NCBI GenBank assembly: GCA_003133025.1
Contig: PKZK01000138.1
Location: forward strand, 251-25,167
Source: Vulcanimicrobiota bacterium
Lineage (GTDB): Bacteria; Vulcanimicrobiota; Vulcanimicrobiia; Vulcanimicrobiales; Vulcanimicrobiaceae
DNA: 24,917 bases
Direction: 5' to 3'
This document shows, one piece after another, positions 10,233 to 18,305 of this stretch (position 1 is the first letter of the stretch; each line of letters begins with the position of its first letter). The notes below the pieces were generated by a model. That model worked only from the letters and a program-made list of their open reading frames with translations, searched no databases and was not told where the DNA came from. The translations under genes and the position numbers were made by a program.

Positions 10233-11298
10233 CGGAGGCAACTCCGGGACGAACGAGCGGCAAGCCGGCGGAATCGAAGTCGGCGCCGACGAGCCAGCGC
10301 ACGAAGAGTTGGTACGTCGTCACCCCGGCCTTCATCCCGTTGCTCTTGAGGTAGCGGTCGTAGGCGACCTGCTGCGCCTTCTCGATGCTCGGATTGACCT
10401 GCTCGTGATAGCGCTTGACGATCGCGCGCACGTCGGCACGCGCCAGCGGCGTGAGGCGGTGGTGCAAGCGCACGTGGCCGAGGTTGAACCACACCAAGAT
10501 CCAGCCGGAGTATTGGATCAACGGGTCGGGCGTGCGCGTGCACGTCAACACCGAGATGAGGTTGGCTTCGGTCTCGTCGGCGAAGCCCGAGATGTGGCCC
10601 CACTCGTGCGCGTAGATGGCCGGCCGCTCGAACCAAAACGCCGATGAGTCGACGTTGACCTCGTGCGTCCAGGGGTCGGTGAAGCCGTTGGTGGCGCTGG
10701 CCTGCATGAGCGGCTGAAAGACCGTCGGCTTGATGCGCGGGGGCGGAAAGACGCTGCGGTCGCCCAAGCGCGCGATCACCGCCGAAAAACGCGGCAGCAA
10801 TTCGGCCTCGAATGCTTCGTCGGTCGGATGTTCTTTGTGCGCGAGCGGCGCGAGACGATTCAGTTCGTCGGCGGCGTGATCGGCAAAGGCGCCCACGCTG
10901 GCGGCGGTGGTGCGTTCGTCGTGGACGGGAATCTTCTGCTCGAGCGGCACGCGGCCGTAGTTGAACGCCCACGACACTTCGAACCACAGAAAGACGATCG
11001 CGAACGCGGCCACGGTGCGCAAGAGCGAGCGGCCCGCACGCGCCCAACGCGCTCGCGGCGCCACCGAGCGCAACGAGACGACCCAGTAGCTGACGAGCCA
11101 AATGAGCGCCGCGAAGAACAGCACGTCGCCGACGGTGAAGGGCACGGGACCGGTCACGGCCCGCACCGCGCGGTCGATCGCGGGATACGCGCCGTTGGAA
11201 TAGTGCTGCTCGATCCATGCCGGCGGCAGGTGCACGAGCGCAACGCCGGCGGCCGCAACGATGGCGACGATGTCGAAGAGATAGCCGGACCTGGGCAC
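10222..11298 (-). CDS. DUF3810-like membrane protein, putative zinc metallopeptidase
   Basis: N-terminal TM helices, WIEQHYSNGAYP, VPFTVGDVL, WAFNYGR, GFTDPWTHE, and zincin-type AHEWGH..GFADETEAN. Start set at GTG 11298 (uncertain). Confidence 0.8.
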   Translation of the reverse strand: MPRSGYLFDIVAIVAAAGVALVHLPPAWIEQHYSNGAYPAIDRAVRAVTGPVPFTVGDVLFFAALIWLVSYWVVSLRSVAPRARWARAGRSLLRTVAAFAIVFLWFEVSWAFNYGRVPLEQKIPVHDERTTAASVGAFADHAADELNRLAPLAHKEHPTDEAFEAELLPRFSAVIARLGDRSVFPPPRIKPTVFQPLMQASATNGFTDPWTHEVNVDSSAFWFERPAIYAHEWGHISGFADETEANLISVLTCTRTPDPLIQYSGWILVWFNLGHVRLHHRLTPLARADVRAIVKRYHEQVNPSIEKAQQVAYDRYLKSNGMKAGVTTYQLFVRWLVGADFDSAGLPLVRPGVASDAP

Positions 11299-11360
11299 GT
11301 TCGGGCTTGTGCGCGCTCGGCCGGGTTCGTCCTGCCCGGCGCGAACCGCGCCACGCCGCG

Positions 11361-12731
11361 TTACGGGACGAAGCGGTAGACTTCCCCGCAACTCCCTTGG
11401 GCGCAGTCGGCGTTGGAAATGCCGCCCAATTCGGTCGTGCCGTAGAGCGCCGTACCCTCGACGGTCAGGGCTCCGTATTCGGGTAGGCTGCCGTCGCTGC
11501 CCGAGAAGCTATGCAACACCGCGTAGCCCGCACCGCCCTTGCCGATCTTGTAGATGGTACCGCACGCGCAGGCGCTGCCCGCGCCGCCGTAGCTCGTCGT
11601 GCCGTAGAGCGTCGTGCCTTTGAGCGTGACGCCCGCGAGCGGTGACCCGCCGTCGGGGCCCCCGCTGATGCCGCCCGAGAACGTGTGCAGGATCTTCTCT
11701 TTGTAGCCTTTGCCGCTCGGCGTCAACTCGAAGATCGTGCCCTCGCCGTTTGCACCGCCTTTGGAGGTGGTGCCGTAGAGATTGCCCTCGCTATCGACGA
11801 CGACGCCGCCGTAAGGAAACGCGCCGTCTTTCCCGCCCGAGTTGCCGCCCTGGAAGCTCCAGAGCACTTTTTCCGTCCCGCCGCTTTTCGAGGGCACGAA
11901 TGAGAATACGGTGCCGCATCCGTTCGCGCACGCCGTGGCCGAACCGCCGTTGACGGTGGTGCCGTACAACGTGCCCTTGGCATCGGCGACGAGCGCGGAC
12001 GTCGGCATTGCACCGTCGTTCGGAGGCCCTTTGAACACATACAGGTTCGTTGCCCCGAGGCCCGGCGTGCTCAGCGCGTAGATGCCGCCCTGATACGTTT
12101 GACTGCCCACGTACGTGGTGTAGGAGGTGACGTACAGGGTTGAGCCTTGCAACAGCGGCGGCCCCCATGGTCCCAAGCCCCCGTCGCTCGGAAAACCATA
12201 CGACGCCGCGACGCCGTAACCGCCGCCCGCTGGGCTCAGTTCGGTCGCGGTGCCGTTCGAACCCGACGGTCCGCCGGCTTGCGTCGTGACGAAGAGATCG
12301 CCGCTCGCATCCTGGATCGGGCTCGACGTCGACCACGCACCGTCGGCGCCCGTGTACGCGTCGAGGATGGTTTCGGCGTACGTCCCGCCGCTGGGTGCGA
12401 GTTCGTAGACGGTGCCCCAGCCGGGCGGTCCGTTCTGGCCGCTGCCGCCGCTGTACGTCGTGCCGAAGATCGCGCCGTTCTTATCGACGAGCACACCGCC
12501 GCCGGGATTCGCGCCGTCGGGGTAGCCCTTGAACGCATAGAGCACGGTGAGACCCTTGGCGAGTTTCTGCGGCTCGATGAAAGCGCCGCGGTGCAACGTT
12601 GACTGCGCGAGTGCTTGCGCTCGGGGATCCGCAAACGACGAAGCAGGCATTCCCGGTTGGCCCGAGCAGGCCGAAAGCGCAAGCGAGCCCGGTAGTATGG
12701 CGGCCGCAATGAATCTGCCTGACGAATGCAT
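11361..12731 (-). CDS. Lipoprotein with Gloeo_Verruco (GloVer, TIGR03803-type) tandem repeats, probable beta-propeller
   Basis: Lipobox LALSA|C. About 7 repeats of the form VL(Y/H)xF.G..DG..P...L..D..G.LYGTT..GG....GT(V/I)(F/Y)xL. SD-like AAAGGGAG upstream of the ATG. Confidence 0.88.
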   Translation of the reverse strand: MHSSGRFIAAAILPGSLALSACSGQPGMPASSFADPRAQALAQSTLHRGAFIEPQKLAKGLTVLYAFKGYPDGANPGGGVLVDKNGAIFGTTYSGGSGQNGPPGWGTVYELAPSGGTYAETILDAYTGADGAWSTSSPIQDASGDLFVTTQAGGPSGSNGTATELSPAGGGYGVAASYGFPSDGGLGPWGPPLLQGSTLYVTSYTTYVGSQTYQGGIYALSTPGLGATNLYVFKGPPNDGAMPTSALVADAKGTLYGTTVNGGSATACANGCGTVFSFVPSKSGGTEKVLWSFQGGNSGGKDGAFPYGGVVVDSEGNLYGTTSKGGANGEGTIFELTPSGKGYKEKILHTFSGGISGGPDGGSPLAGVTLKGTTLYGTTSYGGAGSACACGTIYKIGKGGAGYAVLHSFSGSDGSLPEYGALTVEGTALYGTTELGGISNADCAQGSCGEVYRFVP

Positions 12732-12846
12732 GCGAGGCTCCCTTTCGAGAACGGAAAAACGTGGGGCCGCACGCGGATGTTGGCTTTTCGGCTCACTGCG
12801 GTAGAGCGTCCTCCCGGCAGCAACGTCGCGACGCCCGGCACCGGCT

Positions 12847-12852
12847 TAAAAT
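12847..12852 (+). promoter_or_regulatory. Candidate sigma70 -10 element (TAAAAT) for the hydrolase/Nudix genes
   Basis: 5/6 match to TATAAT, standing out in a GC-rich divergent intergenic region about 60 nt before the TTG at 12914. No clear -35. Confidence 0.4.
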
Positions 12853-12913
12853 GCTCTGGGGAAAGAGCGGACGCGGAGGTGAAACGGCCCCGCCGCCGTG
12901 AAAACACGGCCCC

Positions 12914-13870
12914 TTGAAGGTCAGAGCGCTCGTCGTTGCAGGTCTCGTCGCACTCGCTTGGGCCGCACCCGCGAGCGCCGCGGGCATGCAGCACGTTTTC
13001 ACCAGCGATCGTGACGGCACGCCGATTGCGATCGCCATGTGGTATCCGAGCGCGACGCCGGCCGCAACGCCCGACGCCGCCATCGTTGGCGACGCGTTGC
13101 CCTTCGTGCTGATCGCGCCCGAAAGCGCCGACGCGTCGGTGGGACACGGCGACACCGCGCTCGCCTTGGCCAACGCGGGCTTCGTGGTCGCGACGGTCGA
13201 GCATACCGGCGTCGATCCGCGCATCCAAGGCGGCATCGGCCACATCATGGACCGCTCCCAGCAGGTGCAGCGCGTGCTGAACTACGTGCTGGCCGATTGG
13301 AATCTGCGCGCGCACGTCGACCCAGCGCGCCTGGGCATCTTCGGCTCGGGCGAGGGCGGCTTCGCGGCGCTCGTGGCGATCGGCGGTCAGCCCGATCTCA
13401 CCACGATTCCCGAGCACTGCAACCAGTTTCCGCAAGAGCCCGCCTGCCGGCTCATCGCCGATGCGACGCCCGCATCGGGCGGCCTCTCCGTCGTCGCGAT
13501 GGAGCGCCCGACGGAGACGCGCTTCAAGGCCGCGGTGATCGCCGCGCCCGACTTCGGCTTCACCTTCGCCAACGGCGCGCTCAAAGATGTCACCGTGCCC
13601 GTCCAGTTGTGGCGCGCGGGCGACGATGCGCTGCTGCCGACGAAGGAGTATCTGCAGCCCATCTTCGACGGCTTGCCCGGCGCGCCGCAATACACGGTGG
13701 TGGCCAACGCCGAGCACGACGATTTCCTCGCGCCCTGTACCGCAGAAGTCGCGAAAGAATCGCCGGCACAATGCACGAGCGAGGCCGGCTTCAGCCGCAC
13801 GGCGTTTCACCAGCGGTTGAACGCGGCGATCGTTACGTTCTTCAAGCAGACCTTGAAGGCGGCGACGTAG
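12914..13870 (+). CDS. Secreted predicted-dienelactone-hydrolase-like alpha/beta-fold protein with degenerate nucleophile motif
   Basis: Signal peptide ending ASA. Motifs IAMWYPS, LANAGFVVATVEHTG, VDPARLGIFGSGEGG, RFKAAVIAAP, VPVQLW, V.NAEH.DFLAPC, R.AFHQRLN. Confidence 0.82.
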   Translation: MKVRALVVAGLVALAWAAPASAAGMQHVFTSDRDGTPIAIAMWYPSATPAATPDAAIVGDALPFVLIAPESADASVGHGDTALALANAGFVVATVEHTGVDPRIQGGIGHIMDRSQQVQRVLNYVLADWNLRAHVDPARLGIFGSGEGGFAALVAIGGQPDLTTIPEHCNQFPQEPACRLIADATPASGGLSVVAMERPTETRFKAAVIAAPDFGFTFANGALKDVTVPVQLWRAGDDALLPTKEYLQPIFDGLPGAPQYTVVANAEHDDFLAPCTAEVAKESPAQCTSEAGFSRTAFHQRLNAAIVTFFKQTLKAAT

Positions 13871-13874
13871 CCGC

Positions 13875-14402
13875 GTGCTGCGCGCCGCCGTGATCGTGCC
13901 GATCGTACGGCACCCGGAGCCCACGATCGTCTTCGTGCGCCGCGGCGCCCATCTCCGCCGCAATCCCGGCCAGATCGCTTTTCCCGGCGGCGCCGTCGAC
14001 GCGGAGGATGGAGGCGATCCCGAAGCCGCGGCACTACGCGAATTCGAGGAAGAACTCGGCGTCTCACGCAGACGCGTCCGCATCGTCGAGCGCCTCGAAG
14101 ACGTCGAGACGCTGGCCCTCAACGTGCACGTGACGCCGTTTCTCGGCATCATCGAACCGCCGGTCACCTTCGTGCCCGACGGCGAGGAAACTGAAAGCGT
14201 GCACGAGGTGCCGCTCGGCGCGCTCTACGCTCCCGGCGCACTGCACGAAGCCGACGAGCACGTGTTACACGAAGGCCGGCGCTACACGGTGCGCACGTGG
14301 ACCTTCGATTACGCGGGCCTGCACGTGTGGGGTGCAACGGGCAAGATGCTGAGGAGTTTGCTGGAGCGCTATGCGGCGGCTGAGGAGCTCGCTTTGGCCT
14401 GA
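13875..14402 (+). CDS. Nudix hydrolase, CoA pyrophosphatase (NudL/PCD1) type
   Basis: RR..HLRRNPGQIAFPGG precedes the Nudix box G-AVDAE…AAALREFEEELG. C-terminal VWGATG. Confidence 0.9.
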   Translation: MLRAAVIVPIVRHPEPTIVFVRRGAHLRRNPGQIAFPGGAVDAEDGGDPEAAALREFEEELGVSRRRVRIVERLEDVETLALNVHVTPFLGIIEPPVTFVPDGEETESVHEVPLGALYAPGALHEADEHVLHEGRRYTVRTWTFDYAGLHVWGATGKMLRSLLERYAAAEELALA

Positions 14403-14465
14403 CCGATTCTCCCGTCCTCGGTGAGCGCTACCTCGGAACCACAACGACCTGCCTCGCATCGAACC

Positions 14466-14520
14466 GATAACCTCCGGTCAACCTCGCGGCAACAATTTGG
14501 CAACAATCGGCCTGCATACT
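14466..14520 (+). promoter_or_regulatory. Four phased 11-bp direct repeats followed by a -10-like CATACT, upstream of the sigma/pilus operon
   Basis: GATAACCTCCG / GTCAACCTCGC / GGCAACAATTT / GGCAACAATCG (14466-14509), CATACT at 14515-14520, RBS GAGGAG at 14549-14554. Confidence 0.5.
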
Positions 14521-14563
14521 CGGCGGCATTCCCTTCCCGGGACCCGACGAGGAGCATCCGCAC

Positions 14564-15298
14564 GTGGTTTCTACATGCGTTCCCTTTGAACAGGACCCGC
14601 CCGGCCCAGGCGGCCGCTCGGGCAGCCGTGAGGCGACGATCTTAGCGCATCGCTATCTCTGCCGGCGCGGAGCGCGCCGCTTTCTCAGGGCCGGCCTGGA
14701 GTGGGACGACCTCGAACAGGTCGCCGCCATCGGCCTGGTCAAGGCCACAGATCGCTACGACCCACGGGCGGAGACGCCCTTCGAGGCGTTCGCGTGGATG
14801 ATGATCGTGGGCGAACTCGGCCACCACGTGCGCGATCACGAACATCTCGTCCGCCCTCCCCGAGACCTGCGTGCGCTCGAACGCCGCCATGCCCGCGCCT
14901 GGGAGCGCCTGGCGCAACATCTCGATCGCGAGCCCGGCGACGCCGAAGTCTCGCGTGAAATCGGTGCTCCTCTGGCAACGGTGCGTGAGTTGCGTATCGT
15001 TCGCGGCTGCGCCCAGCCCCTAGACATCGACGAACCGTCTCTCGCCCCCGATCTCGAGCGGACGGCTGCCGGACTTCGCAAGAGCGCGACCGGCAACGAC
15101 GATTCGATCGTGCTCCGGATGGCCCTCGAGCGACTGTCGGATGCCGAGCGCAGCGTGCTCTACGGTATTTATTGGTTCGAGCTGAGCCGCTGCGAGATCG
15201 GCCGGCGTCTCGGGCTATCCGCAAAGATCGTCGCGCGCATCCAACGCAGAGCGCTCGAACGTTTGCGCGCGCTCTGCGCCGTCGCCGCGGCGAGTTGA
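14564..15298 (+). CDS. RNA polymerase sigma-70 group 3 factor, SigB/SigF/SigG-like
   Basis: Region 2 DDLEQVAAIGLVKATDRYDP…FEAFA…IVGELGHHVRD…VRPPR. Region 3 LDREPGDAEVSREIG. Region 4 ALERLSDAERSVL…EIGRRLGLS…VARIQRRALERLR. GTG start with GAGGAG. Confidence 0.9.
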   Translation: MVSTCVPFEQDPPGPGGRSGSREATILAHRYLCRRGARRFLRAGLEWDDLEQVAAIGLVKATDRYDPRAETPFEAFAWMMIVGELGHHVRDHEHLVRPPRDLRALERRHARAWERLAQHLDREPGDAEVSREIGAPLATVRELRIVRGCAQPLDIDEPSLAPDLERTAAGLRKSATGNDDSIVLRMALERLSDAERSVLYGIYWFELSRCEIGRRLGLSAKIVARIQRRALERLRALCAVAAAS

Positions 15299-15780
15299 GT
15301 CTGCCGGTGTTCGTTCCCGTAGCCCTCTGGCAACTTCTCACGACGTGCGCGCCGCGCGTGGCTCCGTTGACGATGAGCGCACTGGTCGCATATGAGAGCG
15401 GTGCGCGTCCCTATGCGATCGACGACGACAGCGCCGGTCGCGCGTACTTTCCGCGCTCGCGGGCCGACGCGGAAAGACTCGCTGCGGAATTGCTTGCAGC
15501 GGGCCACAACATCGACGTCGGGTACGCGCAGATCAACTCGAGTAATTTTGCGACCTTCGGCCTCGACGTCCACTCCGCGTTCGACCCGTGCCGAAACGTC
15601 GCAGCCGGCGGCGCGTTGCTTCTTTCCGCGTACGCGGCGGCGATACGGCGCTACGGAGCCCAGCCGCCGCCACTCGCACACGCGCTGAGCGCCTACAACT
15701 CCGGCAGCCAGACGGGCGCTCTGGACTATGCGCGCGGCGTCTTCTCGCTCGGCCGCACCTTGCGAGTCCAGCTCCCGTGA
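15295..15780 (+). CDS. VirB1-like soluble lytic transglycosylase
   Basis: CAPRVAPLTMSALVAYESG (catalytic Glu), PYAI, NIDVGYAQINSSN, FDPCRNVAAG, ALSAYNSG: the VirB1-type signature set. TTG start overlaps the sigma TGA (TTGA). Confidence 0.87.
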   Translation: MSLPVFVPVALWQLLTTCAPRVAPLTMSALVAYESGARPYAIDDDSAGRAYFPRSRADAERLAAELLAAGHNIDVGYAQINSSNFATFGLDVHSAFDPCRNVAAGGALLLSAYAAAIRRYGAQPPPLAHALSAYNSGSQTGALDYARGVFSLGRTLRVQLP

Positions 15781-17210
15781 GTGCGGCCGTAAACGGCGAA
15801 TCGACCCAGCGGGCGGCGACGGGCCTGCTCTCCCGCGCGCTGGCTTTTGAAGCCGACGTCTTGCCGTTAGCCTACGATGGTACGGTCCTGACGGTCGCGG
15901 TCGGTGCGCACAGCGAAGAACTGGTCGAACGAATTCGCCAGCAGACGCGCAAGAGCGTCCGCACCGTGGTGTTGCCTTTGCGCGAGATTCGGGACGGATT
16001 GAAACAGCTCTATCCGCCGGCAACCGCTCGCGACGGCGACTCGCAGGCAGCGCTCGCGCTCGACGAGATCTTCGCAGCCGCGATTGCGGGTTATGCCTCC
16101 GACGTACACGTCGAACCGTTGGAGGGCCGCGGTGGCCGGGTGCGCTTGGATATCGACGGCGTGCTGCAAAACGAGCGCGTCCTGGAAGCTGGTTTATTCG
16201 AGCGCGTCGTCGCGCTGTTGAAGGTTCGTTCCAACATGAACACCGGCGAGTTTCGCGTGCCGCAGGACGGGCGGCTCGCGGTGACCTTCGACGGGCGCTC
16301 CTTCGACGTCCGCGCGTCCACCATACCCGTGGCAGGCCAAGAGAAGGTCGTGCTGCGCTTCTTGCAGCGTTTCGATCTCGTACCCGATCTCGAGCAGCTC
16401 GGGATGGGTTCCGACCTCATCAGCCGCTATAACCGCGCACTGAAGCGGCCCGGCGCGTTCTGCGTGATCGCCGGACCGACCGGCTCGGGGAAATCGACGA
16501 CCTCGTACGCCTCGCTGCAGACGATCGATCTCGCGCACCTCAATGTGTGCAGCGTCGAGGATCCGATCGAGTGCCGGATCCCGGGCATCGCGCAGATCGC
16601 GGTCAACGAAAAGGCGGGCATCACGTTCCCCGTGGCTCTTCGCGCGCTCTTGCGCCAGAATCCGCACCATCTGTTCATCGGCGAGTTACGCGATGCCGAG
16701 ACGGTAGCCATAGCCCTCCAAGGCAGCTTGACGGGCATCGCGCTGACCACGACGTTGCACGCACGCGACGCCTTGCGCGTCCCGGCCCGGCTGGGCGAGT
16801 TGGGCGCGCACCAACCGACGCTGGCTTCTTCTCTTACGATCTGCGTCTCTCAGCGGCTCCTGCGCATGCTCTGCCGCCACTGCAAGATTCGCTCCTCCCT
16901 CTCGTCACGCGCGACGGCCGTCGCCCGCCGTTACGGCCTGCACCTCGGTGCCGACGCGGGCGATGCGCGCGGCTGCGAAGCCTGCGCCTATTCCGGCTTT
17001 CAGGGCCGTATCGGCGCCTTCGAAGTCCTGGAGATCAAGCCCGAACTCTCCGCCGCCATTGAAAGGCGAGAGACCCTTGGAAAGCTCGCCGAGATCGCTT
17101 TCGGCCTCGGTTACCGGCCCATGGTCGTCGACGCGCTACGCCACGTCGCGGCCGGACTCACGAGCGAAGCCGAAGTGCTGCGGCATCTCGCCTATGAGGA
17201 TGCGGAGTGA
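15777..17210 (+). CDS. pilB: Type IV pilus/T2SS assembly ATPase (PilB/GspE family)
   Basis: ASDVHVEP, RVPQDGR, Walker A GPTGSGKST, SVEDPIE, Walker B FIGELRD, tetracysteine CRHC…CEAC, G.QGRIGAFE. GTG start overlaps the upstream stop (GTGA). Confidence 0.92.
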   Translation: MSAAVNGESTQRAATGLLSRALAFEADVLPLAYDGTVLTVAVGAHSEELVERIRQQTRKSVRTVVLPLREIRDGLKQLYPPATARDGDSQAALALDEIFAAAIAGYASDVHVEPLEGRGGRVRLDIDGVLQNERVLEAGLFERVVALLKVRSNMNTGEFRVPQDGRLAVTFDGRSFDVRASTIPVAGQEKVVLRFLQRFDLVPDLEQLGMGSDLISRYNRALKRPGAFCVIAGPTGSGKSTTSYASLQTIDLAHLNVCSVEDPIECRIPGIAQIAVNEKAGITFPVALRALLRQNPHHLFIGELRDAETVAIALQGSLTGIALTTTLHARDALRVPARLGELGAHQPTLASSLTICVSQRLLRMLCRHCKIRSSLSSRATAVARRYGLHLGADAGDARGCEACAYSGFQGRIGAFEVLEIKPELSAAIERRETLGKLAEIAFGLGYRPMVVDALRHVAAGLTSEAEVLRHLAYEDAE

Positions 17211-17222
17211 GGCGTTTCAATC

Positions 17223-18305
17223 ATGTCCGCTGATATCGAGCATGCCCTCGAACTCGCGCGCGAGGGGCCGTTCGCCGCGAGCACCTCGGACCTCCATTTC
17301 GAGAGCGACCAGGCGCCGTGGCACCGGATCGACGGGCGCATGCTTCGGATGGATCTACCGCCCGTGGCCGGCGACTCGATCAGGGGCTTCTGCGAGGCAT
17401 ACTTCGGGAAGCGAGATTACGAGCGGCTCAACGGCAACCACGGCTCCGCCGATGGAGCGCTGCACCATCCCAGATATGGCGCGATTCGCCTCCATGCTTT
17501 CCGCGGCGACGGCGGAATCGCACTCTCGCTGCGCCTGCTGAGCAGCGGCGTTCCGTCGCTCGAATCGCTCGGTTTGCCGCCGGTCGTGGCGAGCTTTGCC
17601 GACTTTCCGAGCGGCCTCGTGCTCTTTACAGGTCCAACCGGCTCCGGCAAATCCACCGCGCTCGCCGCGCTCATCAACGAGATCAACCGCAAACACGCGC
17701 GGCATATCGTGACGGTCGAGGATCCGATCGAGTACCGGCACCGGAGCGTGAAGTCGTTGATTCGTCAACGCGAGATCGGGCGCGACGTCACCTCCTACGG
17801 CGAGTCGTTGCGCGGGGTACTGCGTGCGGATCCCGACGTGATCTTGATCGGTGAGTTGCGCGACGCCGAAGTGATGAGCGCCTGCCTGCAGGCGAGCGAA
17901 ACGGGGCATCTGGTCCTGAGCACGCTACACACCTCCGAAGCGGCCGAGACGGTGGCCAGGATCGTCGGCGTCTTCGAAGGCGGCCGTCAGGAGCAGGTTC
18001 GCATGCAACTCGCCCAGTCGCTGCAAGCGATCGTCTCGATGCGTTTGGTGCCCGACGCCTCCGGCCGCGGCCGCCGTGCCGCCTGCGAACTCTTGCTCAA
18101 CTCGCCCGCGGTACGCTCGCAACTCGCCTCGCCCGAACGCGCGCTGCAAATTCGCAACACGATCGAAACCTCGCGAAAGGACGGCATGCAGACCCTCGAA
18201 ATGGACCTCTCGCGTTTGGTATCGGAACGCCTCGTCACCTATGAGGCCGCCTTGAGCGCATCCGACTATCCCGAACAAATCCGCGTTGCCGCGGGCATCC
18301 GCTGA
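17223..18305 (+). CDS. pilT: Type IV pilus retraction ATPase PilT/PilU family
   Basis: SDLH, GLVLFTGPTGSGKSTALAA, HIVTVEDPIEY, QREIGRD, LRADPDVILIGELRD, ETGHLVLSTLHT, GMQTLE. Confidence 0.93.
   Translation: MSADIEHALELAREGPFAASTSDLHFESDQAPWHRIDGRMLRMDLPPVAGDSIRGFCEAYFGKRDYERLNGNHGSADGALHHPRYGAIRLHAFRGDGGIALSLRLLSSGVPSLESLGLPPVVASFADFPSGLVLFTGPTGSGKSTALAALINEINRKHARHIVTVEDPIEYRHRSVKSLIRQREIGRDVTSYGESLRGVLRADPDVILIGELRDAEVMSACLQASETGHLVLSTLHTSEAAETVARIVGVFEGGRQEQVRMQLAQSLQAIVSMRLVPDASGRGRRAACELLLNSPAVRSQLASPERALQIRNTIETSRKDGMQTLEMDLSRLVSERLVTYEAALSASDYPEQIRVAAGIR

Noticed and set aside
11361..12560. Repeated DNA (e.g. gtgccgtag) as a CRISPR or non-coding repeat array
   Set aside because: These are degenerate coding repeats (LYGTT) of the GloVer-repeat lipoprotein.
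14487..14502. Sigma54 promoter (GG-N10-GC in CGGCAACAATTTGGCA)
   Set aside because: The spacing fits, but TGGCAC and TTGC match poorly. Better explained as a by-product of the 11-bp repeat.
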